Virus record (IMG/VR): IMGVR_UViG_3300005458_000015
Location: 18,163-82,162 of that record
From: a virus
Taxonomy: Duplodnaviria; Caudoviricetes
DNA length: 64,000 nt
Strand: one strand, 5' to 3'
Below the pieces are notes generated by a model. It saw nothing but the letters and a program-made list of their open reading frames with translations, did not search any database and was not told where the DNA came from. Numbering within the stretch: position 1 is the stretch's first letter; each line of letters opens with the position of its first letter. The position numbers were made by a program, and so were the translations under genes. Positions 18,155 to 27,498 of this stretch are shown in pieces.

Positions 18155-18190
18155 AAGCCCCGACCAACGTACATAGGTCGGGGCTTTTGT
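18155..18190. terminator. Probable bidirectional terminator
   Basis: AAGCCCCGACC / GGTCGGGGCTT with A-tract before and T-tract after; sits between convergent units. Confidence 0.7.
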
Positions 18191-18257
18191 CATGCCTGGA
18201 TGTGGCCTGACATTCCCTTCACAGACCGCACCGAATTGAACGGTGGCACATCCAGAG

Positions 18258-18325
18258 TCGAGAGCCGGGGAGTCGAACCACCGCACTGAAGGGCTTATGA
18301 GACCCTTGTGGAACCGTCACCCTCG
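18258..18325 (-). tRNA. tRNA(CAT)-like element lacking a D-arm
   Basis: Acceptor CGAGGGT/GCTCTCG+A, anticodon arm AAGGGT-CTCATAA-GCCCTT, T-loop TTCGACT; only 11 nt replace the D-arm; no encoded CCA. Confidence 0.55.
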
Positions 18326-18441
18326 TTGAGAGGCCGCTCCTGCTCGGACTGTGCATCGAGGAAGTACGCACAGGACACGATTGGAGTCGGCCTCTACCTT
18401 GCTGCTGCGCTTTCTATGTACCACACTATCCCCCACTTATG

Positions 18442-18765
18442 TCAAGCCGACTCACACAGTGCCTCCGGCTGTGAGTCACGACGTGCCCACTGAGCGTCAT
18501 TCTCTTTCCACCATCGCATCCGGTCACGACCAGTGCTTCCACCCCATACCCCATACTCTTCATGGTTGACCAATGCGTACTCCAGGCACAACTTCCTCAC
18601 TGGACACCTATCGCACACAGCCTTGGCCTTGTTCGCTTCACTCATGGTGAGCATGGGCCGATGACGCTTAGATGTTGACTCGTCCTGTTCTGCCCCAAAG
18701 AACATGTCCTGGGGTAGATCCTTGCACCTAGCCTCTTGATGCCACTCCGGCATGTGATGACTCAT
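18442..18765 (-). CDS. whiB: WhiB-family transcription factor
   Basis: WHQEARC...MFF...AKAVCDRCPVRKLCLEYAL...YGVWGG; start re-set to MSHHMPEW. Confidence 0.9.
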   Translation of the reverse strand: MSHHMPEWHQEARCKDLPQDMFFGAEQDESTSKRHRPMLTMSEANKAKAVCDRCPVRKLCLEYALVNHEEYGVWGGSTGRDRMRWWKENDAQWARRDSQPEALCESA

Positions 18766-19270
18766 CGAGAAGTCCACTGCGGACTGCATCGACTCGTGCG
18801 AGAAGTCCTTGCCCGTAAAAGGCAACACAGGCGGCGTCTCGCAGGTCTTGGTCGTCTCCGCAGATCGACGCGATTTCGGGCTTGTTCTCATTGAGCCAGG
18901 TACATACACGCTGTTTGTCTGAGCCCCCATGACCGATGACCTCCGCTTTCCAGACTGCAACGGGAACTAGGTAGACGTTCCGCTCCATCCCAGCGGAGGC
19001 TAGAGCGCCCATGAGCACACCAGCCGTACGACCGATCTTCAGTGCGGTTTGGATGTTCCGAGACTTGCCCAACAATGGTTCTTCGATGCACACCACGTTC
19101 GGCTTGAGCATGTCCACAAATGGAAAAGCCTCAGCAAATAACCAAGCGGCTATCTGCTGAGGCTCTATGGTTTTGCTAGGTACTTGGACCTTCTTTGCTA
19201 TCCCGAGGTCTGGACCTATGGCCACCATCGCTAGGCTGCGATAGGCCAGATCCACTCCCAGGCTGATCAT
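18728..19270 (-). CDS. ruvC: RuvC-like Holliday junction resolvase
   Basis: LGVDL, CIEEP, WKAEVIGHGGSDK, DLRDAACVA. Confidence 0.85.
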   Translation of the reverse strand: MISLGVDLAYRSLAMVAIGPDLGIAKKVQVPSKTIEPQQIAAWLFAEAFPFVDMLKPNVVCIEEPLLGKSRNIQTALKIGRTAGVLMGALASAGMERNVYLVPVAVWKAEVIGHGGSDKQRVCTWLNENKPEIASICGDDQDLRDAACVAFYGQGLLARVDAVRSGLLDESSHAGVASRG

Positions 19271-19361
19271 GAGCGTCTACTGTAGCCCACTGTGACGCAT
19301 GTTGACATGGGCATCCATAGCACTCGGCGTGTCGTCCTTGACAACAACCAGGACAAATCAC
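19176..19361 (-). CDS. Possible small Cys-rich protein
   Basis: CPGCCQGRHAEC.GCPCQH; GTGA overlap at start but long overlap with ruvC. Confidence 0.35.
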   Translation of the reverse strand: MICPGCCQGRHAECYGCPCQHASQWATVDAHDQPGSGSGLSQPSDGGHRSRPRDSKEGPST

Positions 19362-19777
19362 TGCTCCAACCTCTCGTTCATCCTCATTTGCTCTACCGTA
19401 ACAAGACGTGAGCCCAACTCAAACGAACGCTTGGTCAACTCAAGGAATGAGCGTAATTCACCGGTACGAAATCTATAGTAAGAACTACCCTTTTCGATAT
19501 CACCCTCGCGCTCACCTTCATGGATAAGCATGTCCAACTCACAGGCCCGAGCGAAGTAGGCGTTGCTGATCTCCATCAGGGTGGCAACACCGTTGTCCAG
19601 TGGACAAGGCACTCTGCCGAGCAGGATGTCGGTGTATTCCTTGAGTTCCTTTGACAACTCATCCACACCGGGCAAGCCGTACTTGAGAGGCACATCACGA
19701 ACAATGGTGCCGAACTGTCGCACCCGTTGAGGGTGCATCCGTCTAATTCGTACGCCCTGAGTCATTGCTTGCTCCAC
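19358..19777 (-). CDS. Hypothetical protein in replication operon
   Basis: 139 aa helical ORF. Confidence 0.7.
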   Translation of the reverse strand: MEQAMTQGVRIRRMHPQRVRQFGTIVRDVPLKYGLPGVDELSKELKEYTDILLGRVPCPLDNGVATLMEISNAYFARACELDMLIHEGEREGDIEKGSSYYRFRTGELRSFLELTKRSFELGSRLVTVEQMRMNERLEQ

Positions 19778-19949
19778 AAGTGGTCAAGATTGCGTGGGCC
19801 AGATCGATTGCATCGGGGATGGCCATTGTCATGCTGAACTCAAGATCACCGGTATTGCGGTTGGTGACTGTGAGTCGGTAGTCGCCGTCTTCTACCTCGT
19901 GATAGACGGTGAGTGCTTGAGCCGAATTCCATTCTTGGTCTGTGGCCAT
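19743..19949 (-). CDS. Hypothetical protein (68 aa)
   Basis: MATDQEWNSAQALTVYHEVEDGDYRLTV; fills the gap between genes. Confidence 0.5.
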   Translation of the reverse strand: MATDQEWNSAQALTVYHEVEDGDYRLTVTNRNTGDLEFSMTMAIPDAIDLAHAILTTCGASNDSGRTN

Positions 19950-20704
19950 GAGCCAGTCTCCAAACAGATGTCCTTGAAGGGGCATTGCCGATAGCGGGTG
20001 CCTTCGTGATGTAGGCAGTCATCAAGAATCTTGGGCAACTCACGCTCTTCACGATGATGCTTCAGGGTTTCGAGTTCACCGATGAGTTCTTGACCAAACT
20101 CGTCATCCCAATGAACCACCCACTCGCGCCATGACTGGTCGTCTTTGCACTCGTAGATGAGAGACCAAGTGTTGATCCCTGTAGCCAGCATGTAGGAATG
20201 AATCTGGAGAAGGTGCTTGACCTCTGGACCATCCTCGCACGCCCTGCGGAAGCCACGGCTATTAATTGACTTAAGTTCCCAACCTGCTCTAGCAACAGTT
20301 GGATTGAGGATGCCGTCAATGGTTCCAGTGACTTGATAGTCATCGATTCGGCAAGGAACCTCGACCTGGGCAAGCCAGCCAGCGTCAAGACCCATCGCTT
20401 GCCATTTGAGATGAGTCCACGAACCATGTATGAAGGTCGCCGCCTGATCCGAGGTATATGACTTATCTCCCCGTGTTCCCAGGTAGCCGAACAACTGTTG
20501 GCGAAGACATCCACCACGCCCAGAAGCAGAAAAGGTGAATCGGCGGTCACGGTCACCTTCTTGCAGTTGCGACACCACAAACCGTAGCGTCTCTTCGCTG
20601 AGTACCACGTCTCCTTGTGATCGCTTGAGGTACTGCTCATGAAGTGGACTCACCAACAGCCCGCGCTGTAAGTCTTTCAGCATCCTGTTGAGAGCCACGT
20701 CCAT
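19892..20704 (-). CDS. Cas4/RecB-like PD-(D/E)XK exonuclease
   Basis: SASGRGGCLRQ, GTIDGIL..WELKS, QIHSYM, C-terminal C.....C..CPF..IC Fe-S-type Cys set. Confidence 0.8.
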   Translation of the reverse strand: MDVALNRMLKDLQRGLLVSPLHEQYLKRSQGDVVLSEETLRFVVSQLQEGDRDRRFTFSASGRGGCLRQQLFGYLGTRGDKSYTSDQAATFIHGSWTHLKWQAMGLDAGWLAQVEVPCRIDDYQVTGTIDGILNPTVARAGWELKSINSRGFRRACEDGPEVKHLLQIHSYMLATGINTWSLIYECKDDQSWREWVVHWDDEFGQELIGELETLKHHREERELPKILDDCLHHEGTRYRQCPFKDICLETGSWPQTKNGIRLKHSPSITR

Positions 20705-21092
20705 ACCTCTTTGCTAGATACTCATCTGGGCCTGTGTAGACCGGGATGTTGAGAAACCTGTCCCATGTCACATTGCCTTCTATCAGTAGCCCTGTGTCAT
20801 AGGCCACAGCACCATCAGCACTGCGATGACAGTCAGAACAAAGATGAATGAGATGGTAAGTCTCTCCCACTTTGTCAAGATTGCTACCGCCTCTACCCTT
20901 GGTCAGCAGATGATGGATCTCTGTCGCCATGTTGGGGCAGCGATACGGGTGTCCGTTGTCAATTGAAACGAACGCCTCACACCGCCCCAACGAACGGCGG
21001 AGAATTGCTCTACGGAGCGGTAGATCCACTATCTTCCTCAATCGGCTCAACCTCAATGTTGAACCCATAGGCGTAATAGAACGGGTTGCCAC
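20637..21092 (-). CDS. HNH endonuclease
   Basis: GRCE...CPNMATEIHH...GRGG...LIHLCSDCH; true start probably downstream of 21092. Confidence 0.75.
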   Translation of the reverse strand: MATRSITPMGSTLRLSRLRKIVDLPLRRAILRRSLGRCEAFVSIDNGHPYRCPNMATEIHHLLTKGRGGSNLDKVGETYHLIHLCSDCHRSADGAVAYDTGLLIEGNVTWDRFLNIPVYTGPDEYLAKRYGRGSQQDAERLTARAVGESTS

Positions 21093-21468
21093 AGGTCCAA
21101 TCTACGGTGAGTTCCAGCACATCACCCATATCTGCATAGATATGCCAAGTGGTGTACTCACCTGTAGTCCCCACACCAGTGATGATGTGGTCAACCTTGT
21201 CCGGGTGTAGCAGGAACTCTCTTACATCGGTGTAGGCACAGCAATCACCCTCACCACGCAAGAACACACGGTGACCATTGTCCAAAGTGATGATCGTGGT
21301 TGATTCACCACCGTAGAGACCGTGGTAACCATTCTGGTCAGAGCCTTTGTCAACACTGACGATGCGATGGCCAACTACTGCTTCTTCCAACGCTTTCTTG
21401 CTTTCGACCATCGTGCCGTCATCAGCGTCTTCAGGAAGAACTTCCTCGGGGTACTTCGTCTCTACCAC
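21010..21468 (-). CDS. Hypothetical phage protein
   Basis: 152 aa; VVGHRIVSV..ITLDNG...DCCAY...GNPFYYAYGF. Confidence 0.7.
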   Translation of the reverse strand: MVETKYPEEVLPEDADDGTMVESKKALEEAVVGHRIVSVDKGSDQNGYHGLYGGESTTIITLDNGHRVFLRGEGDCCAYTDVREFLLHPDKVDHIITGVGTTGEYTTWHIYADMGDVLELTVDWTCGNPFYYAYGFNIEVEPIEEDSGSTAP

Positions 21469-21483
21469 AGTGTCAACTGCCCA

Positions 21484-24234
21484 TCACACTCGGGCTGCTT
21501 CGTCGCCCAACTCCCCGAGGGCTCCTGCTTCAAGGAGTTTGCCCAGGTGTCCGTTGAGGGTTCGATCTTTAGCCCAAGACTTTCCTCCGTTGACACGTCT
21601 TGCCATGCATCGTTTGAGGATATCGTCCACGGAATCGTACGGTGCATTTGCTGCCAACTCCTCTGCTGTTCTCGTGCCAATGCCCTTGATGGACACCAGA
21701 CCACGACGTACTGCGTTTTTGCTTCGATCGATGGAGTAAGAGCGCCCACTGATGTTCACATGTGGGCGAAGAATCCTGATACCCATCTTGCGAACCGCGC
21801 TGACGTATTTGGCTTCCTTCTCCGTCCCTTCGGACGTAGCGAGAAGCGCAGTCGCAAACTCAAGCGGATGATGGGTCTTGAGATAAGCACAACGATAAGC
21901 AAGTAGACCGTAAGTGGTCGCGTGCGCCCGTTTGAAGCCGTACTTAGCGAATCCTTCAATAGCATCCCATAGGAAATTGAAGTCCTCATCACAGAGGTCG
22001 TGGCTTCGTCCCAAATCGCTAACGTAGGAGTGATACCCAGCAATTGTGGCTGCGGCTTTCTCAATCTCCGACTTCTGCGATGCTTTAACTGCCTTGAGCA
22101 TGTCAGTGAGCGAGTCAGGGTCCATGCCCAAGTCACGAAGGATGGCGATGACTTGCTCCTGGAAGATAGGAATGCCATACGTCTCCTTCAAATGCTTCAT
22201 CAAGATGGGATGGCGCTGTGGTTGCTTCTCCTGACCACGTCTACGTCGGAGATACAGCTCCTTGGCTGCATTGGATACACCGGGCCGATAGAGCGCCATC
22301 AGCACAATGATGTCCTTCAGACTTCGGACTCCGAGTTCTCGACAGCCACGCTGAGCAGTCCAGCCTTCCAGTTGGAACACTCCATCCGTGGCACCGTTCC
22401 GGCACGTAGTGAATGTCCTGGTGTCATCAAGGGGAATCCAGTCCAGCCCTTCTCCGACATCTCGTCCCAATAAGGAAGAGCACTGCCGCAGAAGGGACAA
22501 GGTACGTAGACCAAGGACATCTAGTTTCACCAACCCAAGCGCTTCAACGTCATCATCGTTGAACTGTGAGACGTAGTGGTAGGACTTGCCCTGGTCTTCC
22601 AAGATGATCATCTTCGGCACCAGCCGGTCGATGTCGTCCTGTGATGAAGTGACGATAACTCCGGCTGCATGGGTGCCGTAGTGATTGAACACCCTACGTT
22701 CGCTCAGAGCCAACAACTGACCACGAATCGGCTCAGGGATGTCATGGATGCCCTTGATTGCATCCAACTCTTCCTTGGGCACGCCTCGGGCTCGGGCGAT
22801 CTTCTTATAGGCGACGATGAGCGAGCCTCGGCCCACACCCTCGCTCTTCTCATCGGTGTTGATCTGGTAGGTCGAGTAGTTGCCGATCTGCTGCACGTTG
22901 AAGCGAGTCTGGAGCCACTCCATCAGGTCGCCCCGACGAGTGTCCTCAACATCAAGATCAACATCAGGTGGCTTGGCTCTGTCCCTGGCGATGAACTGCT
23001 CGAAGGTCAGACTGAACTTGATCGGGTTGATCTGAGTAATGCCCAGCAGCCAGCACACCAGCGAGCCGGATGCCGATCCTCGGGTCTGTGTGAACACATG
23101 GTTCTTGGCACACCAGTCGGTGACCTCTTTGACCATAAGCAGATAGCCAGCAAAGCCAACATCCTCCAAAACGGACAATTCCTCAGACAGCCGTTCTTCA
23201 TAGGCTTTCTGCCCAGTTAGGTTCTTGTAGTCCATTCCTTCCCGGCACAGATCACGTAAAGTGATCATGGGGTCAGGGACGGTGACCGGGATGTTGAAGG
23301 CGTAGTTATCCAGTTCGGGGATGGCTAGGTCGTGGAGGTCCCGTAGATGTCGGAAACCGTTCTCCGCCTCTTCCCAATGCCGGTGCTGATGGTGTGCACG
23401 CACCCACTCAGTGCCAGCGAGATGGTAGGAGTCACCTGGAAAGACAGCATCATCAGGGTCAGGGCCGAAGGAAACGGCACGCTTCAAGGCTTCATGCACA
23501 GGCTTATCCGTGGCCTCGCAATAGTGGGCGTCCTGAGCGATAAGGACGGGCAAACCGAGTTCTTGTGCGAGTGCGAACAATGCACTTGTGATGTCGTCCT
23601 CACTCCAAGACTCAGTTCGCTCGATCTTGTGGTTCTGGAGTTCAACGAATGTGTTGGGGACGAGCCGTGCATACCGTTCGAGGACATACCGAGCCGCTTG
23701 CTCGCCCTCGTTGATGAGAGTCTGAGTAAGCAGCCCGAAATAGCAGCCCGTGGTGATGGCCAAACCGTTCGTCCAGCCGTGCTCATTCCATTCAGCAAGG
23801 TCGGTAAAATCGACCAACGGTTTGAAGTGGAAGTGTTCCCGAGTATGCGAGAGGCTGCCGAGTCGAACAAGCGCTTCATACCCCGCGCTCGTGAAGGCAA
23901 GTAAGCCGGTGTGATAGCGCTTGGTCTTATTGGCTATGTGCCGTTCTCTGTCCTGCACGAAGTAGAGTTCCACGCCTGGATATGGCGCTATACCGGCCTT
24001 CTTGCACTCCTTATACAACTGCACCAGACCACCCATCGCCCCATGGTCTGTCAGTGCAAGAGCATCTTGGCCATTGGCTACAACCGTCTTGACCATATCT
24101 CCCACAGTGGGAAGAGCGTCATTGACGGAGTACATGCTGTGTGCATGGACATGGAAGAAAGAGGAGGGTTGACGCTTCGGCAGTTTGATACCTGACGGCT
24201 TCCCAACCGGTCGGATACGAATGCCTTGCATCAA
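21484..24234 (-). CDS. dnaE: DNA polymerase III alpha subunit (DnaE-like)
   Basis: 916 aa; PHP domain HVHAHSMYSVND, ALTDHG, RGSASGSLV, PDVDLD, GLVKLDVLGLR, FAKYGFKRAHA. Confidence 0.95.
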   Translation of the reverse strand: MMQGIRIRPVGKPSGIKLPKRQPSSFFHVHAHSMYSVNDALPTVGDMVKTVVANGQDALALTDHGAMGGLVQLYKECKKAGIAPYPGVELYFVQDRERHIANKTKRYHTGLLAFTSAGYEALVRLGSLSHTREHFHFKPLVDFTDLAEWNEHGWTNGLAITTGCYFGLLTQTLINEGEQAARYVLERYARLVPNTFVELQNHKIERTESWSEDDITSALFALAQELGLPVLIAQDAHYCEATDKPVHEALKRAVSFGPDPDDAVFPGDSYHLAGTEWVRAHHQHRHWEEAENGFRHLRDLHDLAIPELDNYAFNIPVTVPDPMITLRDLCREGMDYKNLTGQKAYEERLSEELSVLEDVGFAGYLLMVKEVTDWCAKNHVFTQTRGSASGSLVCWLLGITQINPIKFSLTFEQFIARDRAKPPDVDLDVEDTRRGDLMEWLQTRFNVQQIGNYSTYQINTDEKSEGVGRGSLIVAYKKIARARGVPKEELDAIKGIHDIPEPIRGQLLALSERRVFNHYGTHAAGVIVTSSQDDIDRLVPKMIILEDQGKSYHYVSQFNDDDVEALGLVKLDVLGLRTLSLLRQCSSLLGRDVGEGLDWIPLDDTRTFTTCRNGATDGVFQLEGWTAQRGCRELGVRSLKDIIVLMALYRPGVSNAAKELYLRRRRGQEKQPQRHPILMKHLKETYGIPIFQEQVIAILRDLGMDPDSLTDMLKAVKASQKSEIEKAAATIAGYHSYVSDLGRSHDLCDEDFNFLWDAIEGFAKYGFKRAHATTYGLLAYRCAYLKTHHPLEFATALLATSEGTEKEAKYVSAVRKMGIRILRPHVNISGRSYSIDRSKNAVRRGLVSIKGIGTRTAEELAANAPYDSVDDILKRCMARRVNGGKSWAKDRTLNGHLGKLLEAGALGELGDEAARV

Positions 24235-24247
24235 CCCTCCTCAGCCT

Positions 24248-24526
24248 CTATGCGTCTACGCCGAACTCAGACAACAGCCAGTCCAACAGGTCCTGAGCGT
24301 TGTTCTGAGCCTCGGGAGGCGCTTGCAGATCGTTGTCCTTGATGAACTTCTGCAAGTCATCCAGGTCCATCTTCTGCAACTCTTCGATGGAAATAAAGTC
24401 CCCATCATCCGAAGACATCTGGCCATTGCTGGCCCCAGAGAGGTCCTCGGTCGGATGCAACTCCACTACGGGTACCACTGTTACTGGCCCGCTTTCCACC
24501 GTGCTCGGTTCGGGCTGCTCCGGCAC
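24248..24526 (-). CDS. Acidic hypothetical protein
   Basis: 92 aa; ELQKMDLDDLQKFIKDNDL helical motif. Confidence 0.6.
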   Translation of the reverse strand: MPEQPEPSTVESGPVTVVPVVELHPTEDLSGASNGQMSSDDGDFISIEELQKMDLDDLQKFIKDNDLQAPPEAQNNAQDLLDWLLSEFGVDA

Positions 24527-24531
24527 GGTGG

Positions 24532-25122
24532 TCAGAAATCCGGCTTAGCCTCAGCCACCTTCGCCTTCTCGATATCAGCACGATCTGCAAGTTGGTCAAC
24601 ATAATCGGTGCCGAATGCCTCCGCGAAGGACTCGGTCAGCAACGGCTCGGGGTCGATCAACTCATAACGAGAGAGATCCACCGACGTCTTGTCCTCAGCC
24701 TCAACGTCATAGGTGGTGTCCAGGCCCTTACCAGTACGGATCAGAGTCATGTCACGGTCCAGCAGCGTGCCACCGTTACGGTCGCACTTGTTGGTGACCC
24801 GGTTGGCCAGGTCCACCGGCATCTTCAGGCAGATGACCTTCCCTTCCTTGACGTCCACCACCGAAGCGGCATACCGACGAGAAGACTTCTTCAACTTCTC
24901 CGAGTCGCTGTTGCAGCCTGGGCAGGTGTCGTCCTGCGTGCAGGGGAAGAACTTGGTTTCATCGCTGTAGTGCTCGCGGAACTTGTACCAGTCCTCCGGG
25001 TTCTGGAGGAAACGGACCCGAAGGTCCTTACCGTCCTGCACGTTCTTCATGAAGTTCCCTTGGCCTGACGACCGCTTGATGTCCTCACGGACCTTGTCGC
25101 CAGCCTTGCTGCCAAACGCCAT
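24532..25122 (-). CDS. gp32-like single-stranded DNA-binding protein
   Basis: RVRFL, FPC....CPGC, DMTLIRTGKGLDTTYDV, acidic tail ending F. Confidence 0.75.
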   Translation of the reverse strand: MAFGSKAGDKVREDIKRSSGQGNFMKNVQDGKDLRVRFLQNPEDWYKFREHYSDETKFFPCTQDDTCPGCNSDSEKLKKSSRRYAASVVDVKEGKVICLKMPVDLANRVTNKCDRNGGTLLDRDMTLIRTGKGLDTTYDVEAEDKTSVDLSRYELIDPEPLLTESFAEAFGTDYVDQLADRADIEKAKVAEAKPDF

Positions 25123-25140
25123 CTTCGGCTCCTTGTGGTC

Positions 25141-25527
25141 TTAGACCTTATGGTTGATCGGATAGAGAACTCGCCTGCCGTTCAGGTATTGCCGTAGTGC
25201 TTCAACATCTTCATCGGTGTAGAGGTTGATCTCGATGTCACCGAACGGCACCTTCAATGAAGGAGCGACACCTTCTCCACACACCTGCTTCTTGGCGTAC
25301 TTGCGGATCGCTTGGACACTCACCCCCAATACCTTTGCTGCCTCACTCGCCAAGTAGAACTTGCGGTTGTGGTCACGCTCTAGTTCGCGCACCCACTTGG
25401 TTACGGGTGAGAGCCGACCCACACCATCCTCTGCCGTAGTGCGAACCACGTTGCCCTTCAACTCCCTCAGAAACAGTCGGCGTGCCTGGTCCGCAGCAGC
25501 AGGCACATCCCCCGGCCACTCACTCAT
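25141..25527 (-). CDS. MerR-type HTH DNA-binding protein
   Basis: YLASEAAKVLGVSVQAIRKY...LYTDEDVEALRQY; start re-set to MSEWP. Confidence 0.7.
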   Translation of the reverse strand: MSEWPGDVPAAADQARRLFLRELKGNVVRTTAEDGVGRLSPVTKWVRELERDHNRKFYLASEAAKVLGVSVQAIRKYAKKQVCGEGVAPSLKVPFGDIEINLYTDEDVEALRQYLNGRRVLYPINHKV

Positions 25528-25936
25528 CCGAGAGGACAGCCGAGAAACGCAAATGGGCCTTGCTGGGGACCACAGAAGCATGTTGGGCAACCACGTTGAT
25601 GTCGATCTCGCCCTCGTCCACGGCCTTCTCCAACTTGACCTTGTCGAGAGTCTTCTTCGTGATCTTGTTCCACAACGATGCTCCGAGTGCCTTAGCAAGG
25701 CCTTTCTCGTCGTACCGAGTCAGGGAGCGTTCAACAACAGTGACCTTGGTCTTGCCGTCTGTGAGCGTCTTGCGCCCCAGCGCTTCCATCTCCTTGATGA
25801 AGCGCTCTTGCTCATCCTCGTAGCGCTTCTGCGCAGCCTCAGCCTGAGTCTTGAGACTGTGCACCAAGAGAATGCCTCTGGACAGCATCTCAGCGTCTTG
25901 ATCACGCTTGACGATCTTGATCCCACTCACTGACAT
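25520..25936 (-). CDS. Hypothetical protein
   Basis: Coiled-coil N-terminus, K-rich C-terminus; start re-set to MSVSG. Confidence 0.65.
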   Translation of the reverse strand: MSVSGIKIVKRDQDAEMLSRGILLVHSLKTQAEAAQKRYEDEQERFIKEMEALGRKTLTDGKTKVTVVERSLTRYDEKGLAKALGASLWNKITKKTLDKVKLEKAVDEGEIDINVVAQHASVVPSKAHLRFSAVLSDE

Positions 25937-25982
25937 CGACTCTGCTCCATTCCCCTGTACTGCTGGCCACACTACACCACTG

Positions 25983-26882
25983 CTAGTCCAAGTCAACCGA
26001 CTCGCCAATGAGAGTTCTACGCCCTACCACCGACAGTTCTGCAACGTCCTTTTCCACTGCGGAGTTCCAGACCACAGTGGCCAGATTCAGTCCACAGAGA
26101 TCGTCACGCTGCCGGACATCGCAGAGAAGGTCTGACCCGGCTTCGTCGTTGTCGAAAGCGCATACCAACCGCTTCGGTTGGAGACGGCGGAGGAGGCTTG
26201 CTTGCATCGCTGACAAGTGGCCCCCGAAGATGGCCAAGGCGAAGATTCCGGCGTCGTAGAGCGCCACAGCGTCCAGAGCACCTTCCACCAAGACAATCTG
26301 CTCTTGGCCGTACGTTGCTTCGTGATAACGGAAGAGCAGTTGATGCACGTCAATACCCTTGGGGTATACGTACTTCGGTTTGCCTCCGTCCAGCCTGCGA
26401 CGAACCACACCCAGCACGCTGCCATCGAGGTCACGTAGGGGATACGTGAGGCAATTCGTCTCATAGTCGTAACCCAATACGAAGTGGTCGATGGCGTCTT
26501 GGGAGAAGCCACGTTTGACCCACTCAGGATGAGCGTCCCGTTGTTGGTAAATACGTAGCCAGGACTCTGGTTTCGCATGATGGACGCCATCTTCTTGTAA
26601 ACGATCGAGTTCTCGTTCGACGTCCTTGAGAAATTCTGAAACGCTTGGCTCAGCGATTGGAACGCCATTGAGGAGTTGAATAACACTCCCGCCTCGCCCG
26701 CATGAATAACAGACCCAGAGGCCTTTACGGACGTTGACGCTGGCACTAGGGGAATTACGATTGTCGTGCTCGGGAGAGAAGCAGAAGCACTGCCACTCGT
26801 CTCCGGGTTGTTCTCTAACTCCGAGGACATCTCGGATCGCCTCCTTTAGGTTCACTTCAAGTGTGAGTTGTAGAGCACCCAA
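25983..26882 (-). CDS. DNA primase (zinc finger + TOPRIM)
   Basis: CFSPEH...S.SVN....VCYSCG; IVLVEGALDA; LVCAFDNDEAG. Confidence 0.9.
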   Translation of the reverse strand: MGALQLTLEVNLKEAIRDVLGVREQPGDEWQCFCFSPEHDNRNSPSASVNVRKGLWVCYSCGRGGSVIQLLNGVPIAEPSVSEFLKDVERELDRLQEDGVHHAKPESWLRIYQQRDAHPEWVKRGFSQDAIDHFVLGYDYETNCLTYPLRDLDGSVLGVVRRRLDGGKPKYVYPKGIDVHQLLFRYHEATYGQEQIVLVEGALDAVALYDAGIFALAIFGGHLSAMQASLLRRLQPKRLVCAFDNDEAGSDLLCDVRQRDDLCGLNLATVVWNSAVEKDVAELSVVGRRTLIGESVDLD

Positions 26883-27037
26883 TGGTCGTTGGGCACGGTG
26901 ACATCGAGGGAACGGTTAGCCTTCCAGCCACAGTTACAACTCACCGCGATACCACTGCCAGCACCAACACCACTGTTAGCAACATTGAGCACGATCTGAT
27001 GAGGCAACTTTTCATCCCGCATAGTGATCTTCCTCAT
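26852..27037 (-). CDS. Small hypothetical protein
   Basis: 61 aa with CNC..H; ATGA overlap. Confidence 0.55.
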   Translation of the reverse strand: MRKITMRDEKLPHQIVLNVANSGVGAGSGIAVSCNCGWKANRSLDVTVPNDHWVLYNSHLK

Positions 27038-27498
27038 GCTGCTTCCTCCTGCTCACACAACTTGCGCGGGATGTCAGACTCGATGCGCAACCGGTAGACC
27101 TCTTTGGCTCTTGCATTCCACTTCTCGTAGACCTTCCACTCCATCAGGAAAGTAGGGTCATCGAGTTGCTCTTGCACCCGCTGCACATATCGCTGAGCAA
27201 GATTGATGTCGTTGTGCTCATAAAGAGTGTGAAACGAATAGGCACCATTGCCTTGTGGTACACACCGGAAGTCGTCACCTTCATTGACAGGTCCGGCTAG
27301 TTGGTACTTCTCGTTTCTGACATCTCTACCGTAGATACTGCGCTTCAGTCGTCTCTGTTCGTTGTATTCGAGTTCATACTTCCTCTTCGAACTCGCCTTC
27401 CCTTGCTTTGATGATTTCGGCTTGTTCTCTACTGATTTCCTCGAAATCTCCAATGTTTGGGTAGAACTTCGAGAACCAGATGTCGCCGGATTGTCCAT
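27034..27498 (-). CDS. Hypothetical protein
   Basis: C-terminal ~110 aa look coding; start uncertain because of overlap with dnaB. Confidence 0.55.
   Translation of the reverse strand: MDNPATSGSRSSTQTLEISRKSVENKPKSSKQGKASSKRKYELEYNEQRRLKRSIYGRDVRNEKYQLAGPVNEGDDFRCVPQGNGAYSFHTLYEHNDINLAQRYVQRVQEQLDDPTFLMEWKVYEKWNARAKEVYRLRIESDIPRKLCEQEEAA

Noticed and set aside
18415-18445. Minus-strand promoter for the tRNA-like element (TTGACA...TACATA)
   Set aside because: The spacer is 19 nt and the -10 is imperfect; plausible but not supportable.
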